Shown in pieces: positions 18,401 through 28,405 of a stretch of DNA of 64,000 nucleotides (its first letter is position 1; each line of letters begins with the position of its first letter). The DNA comes from Candidatus Levyibacteriota bacterium (GTDB lineage: Bacteria; Patescibacteriota; Microgenomatia; Levybacterales; UBA12049), in the NCBI GenBank assembly GCA_963790825.1, contig CAWBPM010000004.1:94987-158986 (forward strand), in the 5' to 3' direction. The notes beneath the pieces are model-generated. The model was not told the DNA's origin. It ran no database searches and worked only from the letters and a program-made list of their open reading frames with translations. The position numbers were made by a program, and so were the translations under genes.

Positions 18401-21400
18401 TTAAGTAGCAAGTTGTTCAGTCGTACTAGATAATCCTTTATAGAAGCTGGCGAATAAGGCCCCAAAGAAATCAAGCCATGATTCTCCTCGGGAAAATCTG
18501 GCCAGAAAATTCGCGCCAATCGGTTTTTCGACGTGTTTTTTCCACTGTTTCGCAGTAAGAAATCTGCCTTCGCGCACCTGAAGAGTCGCCTCATCATTAT
18601 TAATATTCTCTGTCACATATTTTTCGGGGCTTGTCATAAAAAACTCTCTGATCAGCTGGATCATGCCGTCAGAATATTTAGATACCGTGCTTTTTTTGTT
18701 AATATGCTCCAGGATATCCTGGCGTACAGTATACATAAGTATATTTTTGGCTAAATCAAATGAGCCGTCTGCACTCACCTTAGCCCGTTCGCTTCCCCAG
18801 ATTCTCCGCTCTTCCGGCGTTTGGCTATCCTGTACATTTTTTTCATCATATATTCCCATTTTCAGCAGTTCCGGTCCGAACATATGCTGAGCTACTGTAA
18901 TATCTTCAAATACCAAATCGCCTTTATGCTCTGGATCTTTCCTCCATGACCGTATCTTATGAGCATAGGGAATTTTCGTCATTTCTATATACCGGCAATT
19001 TTTATATATTTCACCCAAAACCTTTTCCCGAAAACCGGGTTCTACCACTAATCTTCCTAGGTAATCATAATGCAGGTTTTTTTCAAACTCAAAGCCCTGC
19101 CCATGCCGGATAAACTCTCCGAAATCGACCGCATTTAAAAAGTGGATGCCGGCATACCTATTTTCCGCGTCTCCTGGACACTCAAATTTCTGGTATTTCA
19201 TTTGCGTCAGATCAACTTCGCTTCCTTCTCCGCCCTGGAGCACCTCGGCAAGTGTTTTGGTAAAATCATCTCCCCCCAAGGGACGCATGCGAAGTGCATC
19301 AAACATGCTCAGCATAACATGCTTTAAGCCTCTCAGCGTTTGCGGATTGCCAATTTCGTTTTTATTTGTTTGGTTTTCACGAAAGGCTTGGAAATTCATA
19401 AATCTGGTCGGAGCAACAAAAGCCCTGGAGCCGGTTTCCTGCTTCGCGTCAACGATGAAATACTGAGCAAGGTTTTTTGCCCAACCTTTGGCATAGACAA
19501 CCTCGTCGCTGTCAAGTCTCAAGTTTTTACAGACTGCATCTGAAATCGCATCTTCGACATAAGTGGTTATGTCTTTGGGTATGTCAGCTTCGTTAAAGAT
19601 ATTTAGGTTTTCCAGTTTCAATCTCCCTTGCCCGTCAGTACTGCTTTTTGTTCCTAAAATAGCTAAAGCGAATTTTTCGTTATTAATTTTTTTGTTATTA
19701 CTGCCTTTTCCAAAACCGAAGTAGTCCCGGGGATCCTCAGTGACTCTTGACCCTCTTGTTCCTGGATTTAAATCTGCCAACTTACTGAGAAATTCCTCCT
19801 TAACACTATCCCTAACTGTTTTAGCATCTTCTTGTCTGATTTTATCTTTTTCCTCGTCTGTTAAGCGTGTCCTTTCTGCTCGTTCCCTTACGGCAATCCG
19901 CATCTCGGATAATTCCTTCATGCTGGCAAAGGTAATCTTAAATTCTCCTTCCCCAACCGCATCCTTTTTGGCTATTTCACCAATATACTCATCTACGATA
20001 AGCAGTCTCGACTCTAGGAGGGCATCGTCTTTAAATTTTTCTTCCGTCTTCTTTTTCTCTGCCTTAAGTATACCGAGAACATATTCTTTGTATTGCTGTT
20101 TATAGTAGACATTTGTGTCCATAATGCTGGCAGCCAACGATTGCCAGAAGACATCAATTCCCCGATCAATTACTACAGGCTCCAGATGCTTCTGTCCATG
20201 AGAGTCAGTAAGCTCGCGGTAGAGGACTCTCTTCTCTTTATACTCTGTACCCCGTTTTATGACCGTTCGCTGCTCCCGAACCAGCTTAACCAGTCCCTTT
20301 TCTGTAACTATCTTGCCCTTTTCCATAAGAACCGGTTCTAAATATTCCCCATCTGAAGATTGTACTTTCCGGTAAAGGGTCTCTTCTTTTTCCATTTTCT
20401 CTCCTTCTTTTACCTTTTCAGCGTCATCGCTAGCATAACCCAGCTCAATTAGTCCGTCCTGGGTAACCGTACCGTCGCCCAGAAGTTTTATAAATAGGTT
20501 CCTGTTCGTTACTGTCGGTCTGTTATCTTGACCGTAAATAATTTCTCCATTTTCCCCGTCTCCTCTTCTTTTATAGTTTTCTGCCCGCCGGAACGTATTA
20601 TGTGAGAGTTCTGACATCGCGTTAAACAAAAGTACCTGGGTTTGGATTGCCCGGCCGACTTCTCCTTGTACCTCATCTTCCGTATAATCCCGAAGTTCTC
20701 TTTTATCTCTTCTGGCTAGTTTCAGCATTCGAATACTCCTGGCGCTCTGATTAACATTTCCCGAATCGGTAAAAATGCTTTTTCTCGAGTGGGCCTGAAG
20801 TACTTCCATGTATTTTTTAATATCATTCCTGCCTGCCGTAAAAATATTCACTTGTTTATTGTGGGCAAGCGAGCGGAGCCAGGCCTCGTAGAGAAAGTTC
20901 ATTTTCATTTTCATAAACTCCGGGTCAACCTGAGTATCCCAGCTAGTTTTATAGACAACATTTCCCTCTTCATCTTTTAAAACCTTTTCCTTTTCATCTT
21001 TAACTTCTGCAATATGGACTCTTTTGCGTCTGGAATATTGGTTGATTTTGATCATTTCTAAAAGTGAGATTTGGGCAAAATAGGTAGGAACGCTGGTTAA
21101 AGACAGAAGGTCTACCTCGCTCATTCCGGCGGAAGCAATTTCCTCAACCGACCGCTTCCGAACCCAAGAGAGAAAATTATGGTACTGAATTTCGCCGCTG
21201 CTATCAACAATTTCATGCGATCCGCCGATGTGATATTCAGGTCCTGCATAGCTCATAAGTCGGAAGAGAAGTTGATCTAAATTTCTCGGCTGGACCTGAA
21301 AATCATACTCTTCGCTGTTTGGCGTATCATCTTTAAAGTATTTTTGTAAATCTAATGCTTCTATTTGTGTTGTTCTTTGTTTAAGCTGCTTAAGCGTCAG

Positions 21401-22753
21401 GCTGCTGGGATCTTCCTGCATAATCTCCTGGAATTGTTTTTGCATGTCGGGCGTGACGGTCTCAAGATGCCCCATATTTCGCCTGACATCCGTAATCCGC
21501 AGACGAAGACCATTATACTGGCGTCGCGCGTCGTCCAATAAACGACTCTGTTTTTCTATGGGGAATAAGTTATTATCTTCAATCTTTTTGATTTCTTCTA
21601 TTCTATATCTTACCTGCGCACCTAGAGACATACCGAAGATAACAGCATCTTCTTCTGTCATGTTGGCAATCCCCCGTCTCGCCGCCTCTGACGCGACATC
21701 CCCTCCTCGCATCGTTCCTGCCAGAAGCCTTGGCAACACATCGCGAAAAAAAGTATTCAATGCTTCTGTATCGACATTGCTGTCAATTAATGCATTAAAA
21801 TTATTTAAATGCGCCTCTACTCTTGGATCGGACAAATCCATTAACCTTCCGTCAAGTGCGCCGGTAATCCAAGCTCTTTTCATCGCCCTTGCACATTCGG
21901 ATTTTCTATCGGCAGGCGCCCTGAGAAATGCTTCCTGCAACCCTCGATTCAGGTCGCTAAGCCGCTCTTCTTCTGTCTGTCCCGCTGCTCCTCCTTGCTG
22001 CGATTTATTCAGTGTATCAGCAATTAGATCTTCATATCCTCGCGGCTGAGGAGGAATATTTGGATTAGAAGGATTCATTTGGAAAAATCCGGGCTCTAAT
22101 CCCCGATCTGTTTGCATAATGATTTCTGCTTGTCTTTGTATCTCCGGCGGAAGCACTCCCTGAAGTCTCTCTAAATCTTTAGGGGGTAATTGAGGTGTAA
22201 TCATCCTTGCTTGTTCACGCTTTTTATCTACTTCTCCAAAAAATTTGTCAACAGGAATCTCTTGACCTCTTACAGCCTTCATAATAAGTGTTCTAGCATC
22301 AATTGAAACACGCTCTAGCTCGGGATTTACTCTTTCAGCTTCTCTTTCTAACGGTGATTGCATTTGCAAATAGAGATCTGCAAGCGTACCCATATCTAGT
22401 GTTACTAGAGACGGATCTTCACTGGTTCTTTCCTTAAATGCTCTTAGTAAATATCTTGCTTCGGGGTCTCTAATATCACTCTCCTGTATGAGAATCGGGT
22501 GATCCGACCTAGGTTTTTCTTGAAGTTGTGTTTCTCGCCTACCCAGTTGTCCGTCTGCATTTCCTTCCTGCGCCATATTAATATCTCCTCTTAGTCTAGC
22601 ATAGCCTGCCTGAGGACGCGGTGTCAATTTAATAGGCATTTCCCCTTCAATACTCCTGAAGACTTCGGTTACATTTGGCGTAATAAGCCTCTCTCCTTCG
22701 ATGCGAGGCGTAAATGATTGCGTGCGAATTGGCATCCCTTCTTTCATAGCCAC
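18401..22753 (-). CDS. Giant (1450 aa) highly charged hypothetical protein, no signal peptide or TM helices
   Basis: Uninterrupted 4.35 kb ORF, Glu/Lys/Arg/Asp-rich, with an internal repeat LYRKVQSSDGEYLEPVLMEKG / LYRELTDSHGQKHLEPVVIDRG. No Walker motifs or known domains recognised. Confidence 0.6.
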   Translation of the reverse strand: MAMKEGMPIRTQSFTPRIEGERLITPNVTEVFRSIEGEMPIKLTPRPQAGYARLRGDINMAQEGNADGQLGRRETQLQEKPRSDHPILIQESDIRDPEARYLLRAFKERTSEDPSLVTLDMGTLADLYLQMQSPLEREAERVNPELERVSIDARTLIMKAVRGQEIPVDKFFGEVDKKREQARMITPQLPPKDLERLQGVLPPEIQRQAEIIMQTDRGLEPGFFQMNPSNPNIPPQPRGYEDLIADTLNKSQQGGAAGQTEEERLSDLNRGLQEAFLRAPADRKSECARAMKRAWITGALDGRLMDLSDPRVEAHLNNFNALIDSNVDTEALNTFFRDVLPRLLAGTMRGGDVASEAARRGIANMTEEDAVIFGMSLGAQVRYRIEEIKKIEDNNLFPIEKQSRLLDDARRQYNGLRLRITDVRRNMGHLETVTPDMQKQFQEIMQEDPSSLTLKQLKQRTTQIEALDLQKYFKDDTPNSEEYDFQVQPRNLDQLLFRLMSYAGPEYHIGGSHEIVDSSGEIQYHNFLSWVRKRSVEEIASAGMSEVDLLSLTSVPTYFAQISLLEMIKINQYSRRKRVHIAEVKDEKEKVLKDEEGNVVYKTSWDTQVDPEFMKMKMNFLYEAWLRSLAHNKQVNIFTAGRNDIKKYMEVLQAHSRKSIFTDSGNVNQSARSIRMLKLARRDKRELRDYTEDEVQGEVGRAIQTQVLLFNAMSELSHNTFRRAENYKRRGDGENGEIIYGQDNRPTVTNRNLFIKLLGDGTVTQDGLIELGYASDDAEKVKEGEKMEKEETLYRKVQSSDGEYLEPVLMEKGKIVTEKGLVKLVREQRTVIKRGTEYKEKRVLYRELTDSHGQKHLEPVVIDRGIDVFWQSLAASIMDTNVYYKQQYKEYVLGILKAEKKKTEEKFKDDALLESRLLIVDEYIGEIAKKDAVGEGEFKITFASMKELSEMRIAVRERAERTRLTDEEKDKIRQEDAKTVRDSVKEEFLSKLADLNPGTRGSRVTEDPRDYFGFGKGSNNKKINNEKFALAILGTKSSTDGQGRLKLENLNIFNEADIPKDITTYVEDAISDAVCKNLRLDSDEVVYAKGWAKNLAQYFIVDAKQETGSRAFVAPTRFMNFQAFRENQTNKNEIGNPQTLRGLKHVMLSMFDALRMRPLGGDDFTKTLAEVLQGGEGSEVDLTQMKYQKFECPGDAENRYAGIHFLNAVDFGEFIRHGQGFEFEKNLHYDYLGRLVVEPGFREKVLGEIYKNCRYIEMTKIPYAHKIRSWRKDPEHKGDLVFEDITVAQHMFGPELLKMGIYDEKNVQDSQTPEERRIWGSERAKVSADGSFDLAKNILMYTVRQDILEHINKKSTVSKYSDGMIQLIREFFMTSPEKYVTENINNDEATLQVREGRFLTAKQWKKHVEKPIGANFLARFSRGESWLDFFGALFASFYKGLSSTTEQLAT

Positions 22754-22818
22754 AGTCTAGCCGTCAAGCCTTACATAAACTTGATAAAAGTCTTTTACTG
22801 AGGTAACAAAAGTAGGAG

Positions 22819-24231
22819 TTAGCTTACGAACTTAAAACCGCGGCCCTTTATGGTTATGAGATGGGCGGGAAGATTCGGATCGTCCTCAATTTTCTTTCTG
22901 ACTCTAAAGATAAGCTGATCTACTGCCTGATCCGTTACTCCGGCAGTAGAGCGAAACGCCGACCAGACAATCTGGATTATTTGCTCCCTGTCCACAATTT
23001 CATCCGGATGACTGAGGAGAAATTGCAGCAACCTAAATTCCGAACCGGTCAGCCGGTCTGAGAGAACTATCTTCCCTTTACGAATCGTATTGGTTGTGCT
23101 GTCATATGTTATTTGTTCATTTTGTGACGGCGTATTTCGCAGCTCCAAATCGAGAAGCACGCTAAAAAGCGGAATCTGTATTTTCCTTTCCTTGATAAAT
23201 CCGATATTGGAAAAGTAGGCTGCAGTAAGCTTGTCCTCTTCGTTACCCGGGAAATCACCGAGAATAAAACGCTGCTCTTCGGGAGAAAATGAGCGCCAGA
23301 TCTCCAAGAGTGCCCCCCGAACCGGCCGATGGGTACAAAGCCAGGATGCAAATTTCGTTCCTTTTGTCACCTCATTATTTTCAGTTTCCAAAACCGTTTC
23401 CATACACAGTCTGGTCAGCTTGCCGTGTCCCGCAGTCAGCTGCAAAATGCTAGTATAAAGAGACTCCGGCAATTTTTCCTCTGATACCTTTTCTAGATAC
23501 TCCGTCCTAAATTTCAGAAGCGACTTATCCTGAACATTCATATAGACAATATTTCCGGCTAAAAATTCATGAAACTCCGCAAAAAGTACCGGCTCTACTA
23601 TATCTTCAAGCGGTTTATTTAAAGAAAAAATGACTGAAAAACGGTATTTGGCCCGGTTACGAAGCACCCGAAGATTGGCAAAAAAATCCGAAGTTAGCAT
23701 CGGGACATATTCCTCGAACCGGTCAAAAAGGAAAACTATGGTCAACTCTTTTTCTATTGCCAGAAAATCAATCGCCCGTTTTAAACCCTGAAAGAGTACC
23801 AGCTCGTCCTCAAGAAGCAGACTTTCTTTGAAAATTTCAGTTACCGCCTGGTATTCTGTCAGCATACCTCGTTCTCTGAGAGAATCCGTCAAGGAAAGAA
23901 AAAGGAATTTTGTCACGTCGTAGAGATTTCGCCGTCTGACTTCTGAAAAACTAACAAGCATAAAGTGCATCCATTTCTCATTCTCTCCGAGATGTTTCTG
24001 CCTGCCTGCTTTGTTAAAAACCAGAAACTTCAGGAGATTTCCTCTACCAACTCCGGGTAGACCGACGAGCTCTACGGAACTTCCCCGTTGGATAAATTTC
24101 AATAAACCCGAGACTTCCTGAAAATAAGAATCTTCGGGGTAAAGCGATTCAAATCTGGTGGGTTCAATGGGTTGTGCTATTCTTTTTTGCATCATATATC
24201 TTATTGTACTGCGCCTCAAAGCTTTCTTCAA
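22819..24231 (-). CDS. Transcriptional regulator: N-terminal P-loop-like NTPase domain fused to a C-terminal OmpR/PhoB-type winged-helix DNA-binding domain
   Basis: C-terminus LTGSEFRLLQFLLSHPDEIVDREQIIQIVWSAFRSTAGVTDQAVDQLIFRVRKKIEDDPNLPAHLITIKGRGFKF matches trans_reg_C. N-terminal VGLPGVGRGNLLKFLVF is a glycine-rich loop lacking the canonical Lys. Divergent from the first pilin gene. Confidence 0.6.
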   Translation of the reverse strand: MKKALRRSTIRYMMQKRIAQPIEPTRFESLYPEDSYFQEVSGLLKFIQRGSSVELVGLPGVGRGNLLKFLVFNKAGRQKHLGENEKWMHFMLVSFSEVRRRNLYDVTKFLFLSLTDSLRERGMLTEYQAVTEIFKESLLLEDELVLFQGLKRAIDFLAIEKELTIVFLFDRFEEYVPMLTSDFFANLRVLRNRAKYRFSVIFSLNKPLEDIVEPVLFAEFHEFLAGNIVYMNVQDKSLLKFRTEYLEKVSEEKLPESLYTSILQLTAGHGKLTRLCMETVLETENNEVTKGTKFASWLCTHRPVRGALLEIWRSFSPEEQRFILGDFPGNEEDKLTAAYFSNIGFIKERKIQIPLFSVLLDLELRNTPSQNEQITYDSTTNTIRKGKIVLSDRLTGSEFRLLQFLLSHPDEIVDREQIIQIVWSAFRSTAGVTDQAVDQLIFRVRKKIEDDPNLPAHLITIKGRGFKFVS

Positions 24232-24259
24232 GCGGTAAGGCTTGCGCCGCGTATTATAA

Positions 24260-25102
24260 ATGGTTTATTCTGAATATATGAGAAAAATAGATTTACTTTT
24301 TATTATTCCACTTTTTCTACTGGCATTTTTACTGCTTTCCTCAGTTTCTTCAGCCGCCGACCCAACCGCCCCTCCAGCCCCAACAGCCGTACCTCCCACT
24401 CCCACCCCTACAAGATCTTTCACTATTTCAGTACAGCCTCCTGATGAAGTTCATATTACCCAAAGCGTTATTGTCACAGTAATTCAAGCTCCTCCTGACC
24501 ATCTGAGTGGAGGAGGTACATATAATATTCTTTTTATGCAATTAGATAATATACTGCAAAATTGCAATGGATTCTCCTGTGCCGGTTTTGGACCATTACA
24601 TTGTCCTACTGTTAGTTGTACATTTCCTCCCTATCAAGTTCTACTCGGTCCTGCCAGTATACTCATCATTCGTGTCACCTCTGCCGATACCGCCCCATAC
24701 GAAATAGATAAAGAGCTGACGATAAATGGCTCTGTCCCCACACCAACTAACGTTCCCACTTCTCCTACAGAAATTCCCCCCCCGCCTGCCTGCACTACTC
24801 CGGGTACCGGAGGAGAATGTGCTGGTGTCGACACCGCTATTGGACCGGCAAGCACCACGCCGAATGAATTGATCACTACTATTATGAGAATACTCCTTAG
24901 TATTTCAGGCGGTATCGCATTGCTTCTTTTAATCTATGCGGGTTATAAAATCCTCACTTCCCGCGGAAATCCTGAAACAGTAAAAGGCGCTCGGGAGCTG
25001 ATCACCTCGGCAATTGCAGGACTTCTCCTTATTATTCTCTCCCTGGTCATCCTGGAAGTACTGGGAGTTGACATATTGCACATCCCAGGATTTAGCCATT
25101 AG
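24260..25102 (+). CDS. Secreted protein with Pro/Thr-rich linker, globular domain and C-terminal VirB2/TrbC-like pilin domain
   Basis: Signal peptide, PTAPPAPTAVPPTPTPT linker, a Cys pair (PPPACTTPGTGGECAGVD), then SISGGIALLLLIYAGYKILTSRGNPETVKGARELITSAIAGLLLIILSLVILEV (two hydrophobic helices around a charged loop). Contains a C8 tract. Confidence 0.6.
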   Translation: MVYSEYMRKIDLLFIIPLFLLAFLLLSSVSSAADPTAPPAPTAVPPTPTPTRSFTISVQPPDEVHITQSVIVTVIQAPPDHLSGGGTYNILFMQLDNILQNCNGFSCAGFGPLHCPTVSCTFPPYQVLLGPASILIIRVTSADTAPYEIDKELTINGSVPTPTNVPTSPTEIPPPPACTTPGTGGECAGVDTAIGPASTTPNELITTIMRILLSISGGIALLLLIYAGYKILTSRGNPETVKGARELITSAIAGLLLIILSLVILEVLGVDILHIPGFSH

Positions 25103-25135
25103 AAAAGTAAACTCTACTTGCATTTCACCCGAATA

Positions 25136-26353
25136 ATGGTTTACTCTAAAAGTGTGAGAAAAAATGTTTATGTTGTTTTATATATAGTTATATTCGTTTT
25201 TGTTGGTTTTATTTTAGATACTGTTTTCTTTAGCGAAAAAGACTACGCTAATTCAGATTCTGATCAGGCGATTCTTACTTGTGCACAAGTTATACATGCG
25301 CCGGATTTTAAGACCTGTACAGGAACTATTGAAGATACTACTACCGGTACTGCAATACCCACTGCTATACTACATTTACACGTTAAGAGTACTAGTGATG
25401 GGGACCAGACATATCCCCTGACAAGTGCCAATGCGCTTCTTCAGCAGGAATTTACTCAACCACAAGACGGCTCCTATAAATATTGCGCCTACGCGAACGG
25501 TAGCCCGGGAGCCCCAAGCATAATATCTGTTTTTGCGAGTGCTATCGGATATGATGATAGTAACTCGATCGATATTCCCGGTACTACTGTGTGTCCACCA
25601 GGCGGAACAATTAAATTAACAAAGAAAGCTGCCGGTTCTCCTCTTGGCTACTATTGTACTATTCCTAATGGAGCACAACTAACAGACCACAATGCCAACT
25701 CCAGTTGTCAACAAGCACCACTAGATCCTGAAATTGCCCCTCATGTAACGATAGTGGGCTCTAATGTATACGCAACTGTAGATGCTTGCACTAATAATTG
25801 CAAAAAAGTCTTCTATGACAAAGAAATACCGGGAGGAGCATGTGGTATCGTGGGCCCTGATTTCTGGAACACGTATGTTCCCGCCATTGAAATCCTTGCT
25901 TGGTCGATGGATACATGTACCGCAACACAGCAATCCGGAGGAAATCCCCCAGCTACCGCTCCGCCTACCAACACCCCCGTTCCTCCTACTCCCACATCTA
26001 CTCCTCTTCCTCCCGAGCCGGCATGCACCCATAACACGGGTGGGGAATGTCCAAGTGTGGATACAGCACTCGGAGTAATTAATGTTGGCGCAGGAGGCGA
26101 AGTGGGCAACGAAGGAATAGTAACCAGCATTATGGGAGTGCTTCTCAGTATCTCGGGAGGACTTGCGCTGCTTCTGATTATTTACGCGGGATACAAACTA
26201 CTTACCTCCGGCGGAAATCCTGACACAGTAAAAGGCGCACGGGATCTCCTGACTGCGGCAATTGTAGGACTTTTGTTTATTATTCTCGCTCTGGTTGTCT
26301 TGCAGGTTATCGGCGTTGATATCCTGCATATACCAGGCTGGACTGGTGTCTAG
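25136..26353 (+). CDS. Paralogous larger secreted protein with C-terminal VirB2/TrbC-like pilin domain
   Basis: Starts MVYSKSVRK, like its neighbour (MVYSEYMRK). PPATAPPTNTPVPPTPTSTPLPP linker, EPACTHNTGGECPSVD Cys pair, C-terminal SISGGLALLLIIYAGYKLLTSGGNPDTVKGARDLLTAAIVGLLFIILALVVLQV. Track start 25118 is TTG, trimmed to ATG. Confidence 0.6.
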   Translation: MVYSKSVRKNVYVVLYIVIFVFVGFILDTVFFSEKDYANSDSDQAILTCAQVIHAPDFKTCTGTIEDTTTGTAIPTAILHLHVKSTSDGDQTYPLTSANALLQQEFTQPQDGSYKYCAYANGSPGAPSIISVFASAIGYDDSNSIDIPGTTVCPPGGTIKLTKKAAGSPLGYYCTIPNGAQLTDHNANSSCQQAPLDPEIAPHVTIVGSNVYATVDACTNNCKKVFYDKEIPGGACGIVGPDFWNTYVPAIEILAWSMDTCTATQQSGGNPPATAPPTNTPVPPTPTSTPLPPEPACTHNTGGECPSVDTALGVINVGAGGEVGNEGIVTSIMGVLLSISGGLALLLIIYAGYKLLTSGGNPDTVKGARDLLTAAIVGLLFIILALVVLQVIGVDILHIPGWTGV

Positions 26354-26374
26354 TTGAGTATATATAATAATTCT

Positions 26375-26692
26375 ATGCAAAAACTCTTAGCTTTATCTCT
26401 TCAAGGAACACCGATTGCAGCCCCCGGTAACGTTCCCACCGGCGGATTATCGCCAAATGGTTGGAATATTATCTATACGGGAATCTCTATTTTTCTCCTT
26501 ATTATAGTGGCTCTGGCTCTCATATTTCTCATTTGGGCGGGCATCAGGCTTACCATGTCGGAAGGAGATAAGGCAAAGGTTGATGCATCGAGAAAGCAGG
26601 CAATCTACTCCATAGTCGGACTCGTTATCGCCCTTTTGGCATTTGCCATTATAAATATCGTCGGCAATCTGTTTGGAGTACAGTTGTTCTGA
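26375..26692 (+). CDS. Small VirB2/TrbC-like pilin
   Basis: IYTGISIFLLIIVALALIFLIWAGIRLTMSEGDKAKVDASRKQAIYSIVGLVIALLAFAIINIV: two TM helices flanking a charged loop. Track start 26354 is TTG. ATG at 26375 is preceded by a TATATAAT -10-like box. Confidence 0.55.
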   Translation: MQKLLALSLQGTPIAAPGNVPTGGLSPNGWNIIYTGISIFLLIIVALALIFLIWAGIRLTMSEGDKAKVDASRKQAIYSIVGLVIALLAFAIINIVGNLFGVQLF

Positions 26693-26780
26693 GCTTTTTA
26701 GCACACATTTTACTTGCAATTATTTAACAACCTGCAATATACTAATCTTCTAGGCGCAATATGCCTCATCTATCCTTTAT

Positions 26781-28281
26781 ATGTCAAAAAAAGTAAAAAT
26801 AATATTTCTTGCACTCTGTTTGTTCTTTTTTATACTTTTTGCCTTCATAGGAGTCCTTAATCTAAGCATCGATTTCGGCTGGTACTTACGCATCGGAGAC
26901 ATTATATTAAACCATGGTTTTCCTAAAACTGATCCGATGATCTACTCCATGCCCAGCTATCCCTTTATTGACCACGAGTGGCTGGTTGAGGTTATAATTG
27001 CTTTACTTTACCCCTATGTTAAATTACTGGGAATCTCTGCTCTTTTTTTCCTTAATCGCCGTAGTATCGGTAGCATTGCCGGTTTACGCGTTCCGCTTAT
27101 ATCGCTATTGGCTCTTTATCCCCTTACTTCTGGCTTTAAGTACTCTTTTCTTCTACGAAGGGATCGCTATTGAAATGACCAGCTGGTTCTTCGTGTCCCT
27201 TCTCATAACTATCCTATTAAAAAATACTCTGTGGAAAAAGGTTAAATATTTAGTACCTTTTCTTTTTCTTCTCTGGGCAAATATACACGGCAGCTTTCCT
27301 TTGGGCATCGTTCTTTTATTGCTTTTTATAGGAGTACGCACAGTTACCGAAAGGAAGATTCTTCTATCTGATATTTTCGTCTTATTGAGCAGCATTTTCA
27401 TAACTCTTGTTAATCCGTACGGCATTAATCTTTGGCATGAAGTATGGATGCAGATGTCAGATACCGCGGCGCATCAGACAATTTCGGAGTGGCAGCCGCT
27501 GCTTTTCTCCGATGGATTTCATTTGCCTATACTTTGGGTGCTGTTAGTACTGGCAAGCTTTCTGTTCGTATTTTATAGAAGGCGGTACTCTGTTCTGGAG
27601 TTTGTGTTTTTTTTATTCTTTCTTCTCCTTGCTTTCAGCGCAAGAAGACAACTTCCGTTTTTGCTAATTTATTCGATGCTACCCATATATAGGGGCATTG
27701 GCTTTCTCTCCGCTGATGCCGTAAAGATAAAATATGGCGCGCTGCGGCTTCGAAACGGCATACTGCTCCTTATCGCCATAGTTCTAGTTCTTTCGTGTAT
27801 AGAGTTATTCTTCGGATTTCGTAATGCAATTCTTAATCCTTTGGTTATCTATCCTAATAAGGCAATTGTCTATTTGGAAAACCACCCCACTTCCGGACAA
27901 ATATTTTCAATTAACGAATGGGGCGGATATCTGGAATGGAAATTACCACAAAAACAGATATTCTCAGATGGCTTGACAGAAACTTGGAGGTGGCATGCTC
28001 CAAATTCGAAAGAAAGCGATAATGTGTTTATGGAGTATAAAAACATTATTCAGGGAAAAATTACGCTAAGTAGTACTGTTGAAAAATATAACATTGATAC
28101 GCTTCTTCTTTATAAACAGCAAACAATTAGCAAGCCGAATCCTCCGTTTATAAAATTTATAGATGCATTTTTACCGAATAAGAAAAAGACAAATAAAAAA
28201 TCAATATATACCCAAATAGAACAAATGGGATGGAAAATCGTCTATAAAGACAGTGTCGCGGTCATTTACCGCAAGCAATAA
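26781..28281 (+). pseudogene. GT-C-fold-like polytopic membrane protein split by a +1 frameshift at a T7 homopolymer (ORFs 26781..27173 and 26998..28281)
   Basis: Both frames read through TCTTTTTTTC (27043-27049). Upstream frame gives ...DHEWLVEVIIALLYPYVKLLGISAL, downstream frame continues FFSLIAVVSVALPVYAF... with at least 10 further TM helices. Removing one T fuses them into one protein of about 500 aa. Confidence 0.45.
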
Positions 28282-28405
28282 AGATACTCAGATGGCAGAC
28301 CTATATTAATTTTGCTCATTGTTTAGCCTTAGAAGCACCTCTTGACAAGAAGAAAATTCTATTGCAATAATAGATATAGATTAAATAAATCGAAACAATA
28401 AATAT

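Noticed and set aside
18533-22049. Several 60-200-aa plus-strand ORFs (18533, 18663, 19142, 19146, 19340, 19740, 20093, 20789, 21444)
   Set aside because: All are antisense shadow ORFs inside the continuous 1450-aa minus-strand gene. They have Ser/Leu/Arg-rich low-complexity translations typical of the wrong strand of a charged-protein gene.
24634-26380. Minus-strand and alternate-frame ORFs inside the two pilin-fusion genes (24634, 24929, 25721, 25782, 25813, 26198)
   Set aside because: They are shadow ORFs generated by the Pro/Thr/Gly-rich coding sequence. The sense-strand genes have signal peptides, linkers and the conserved pilin module.
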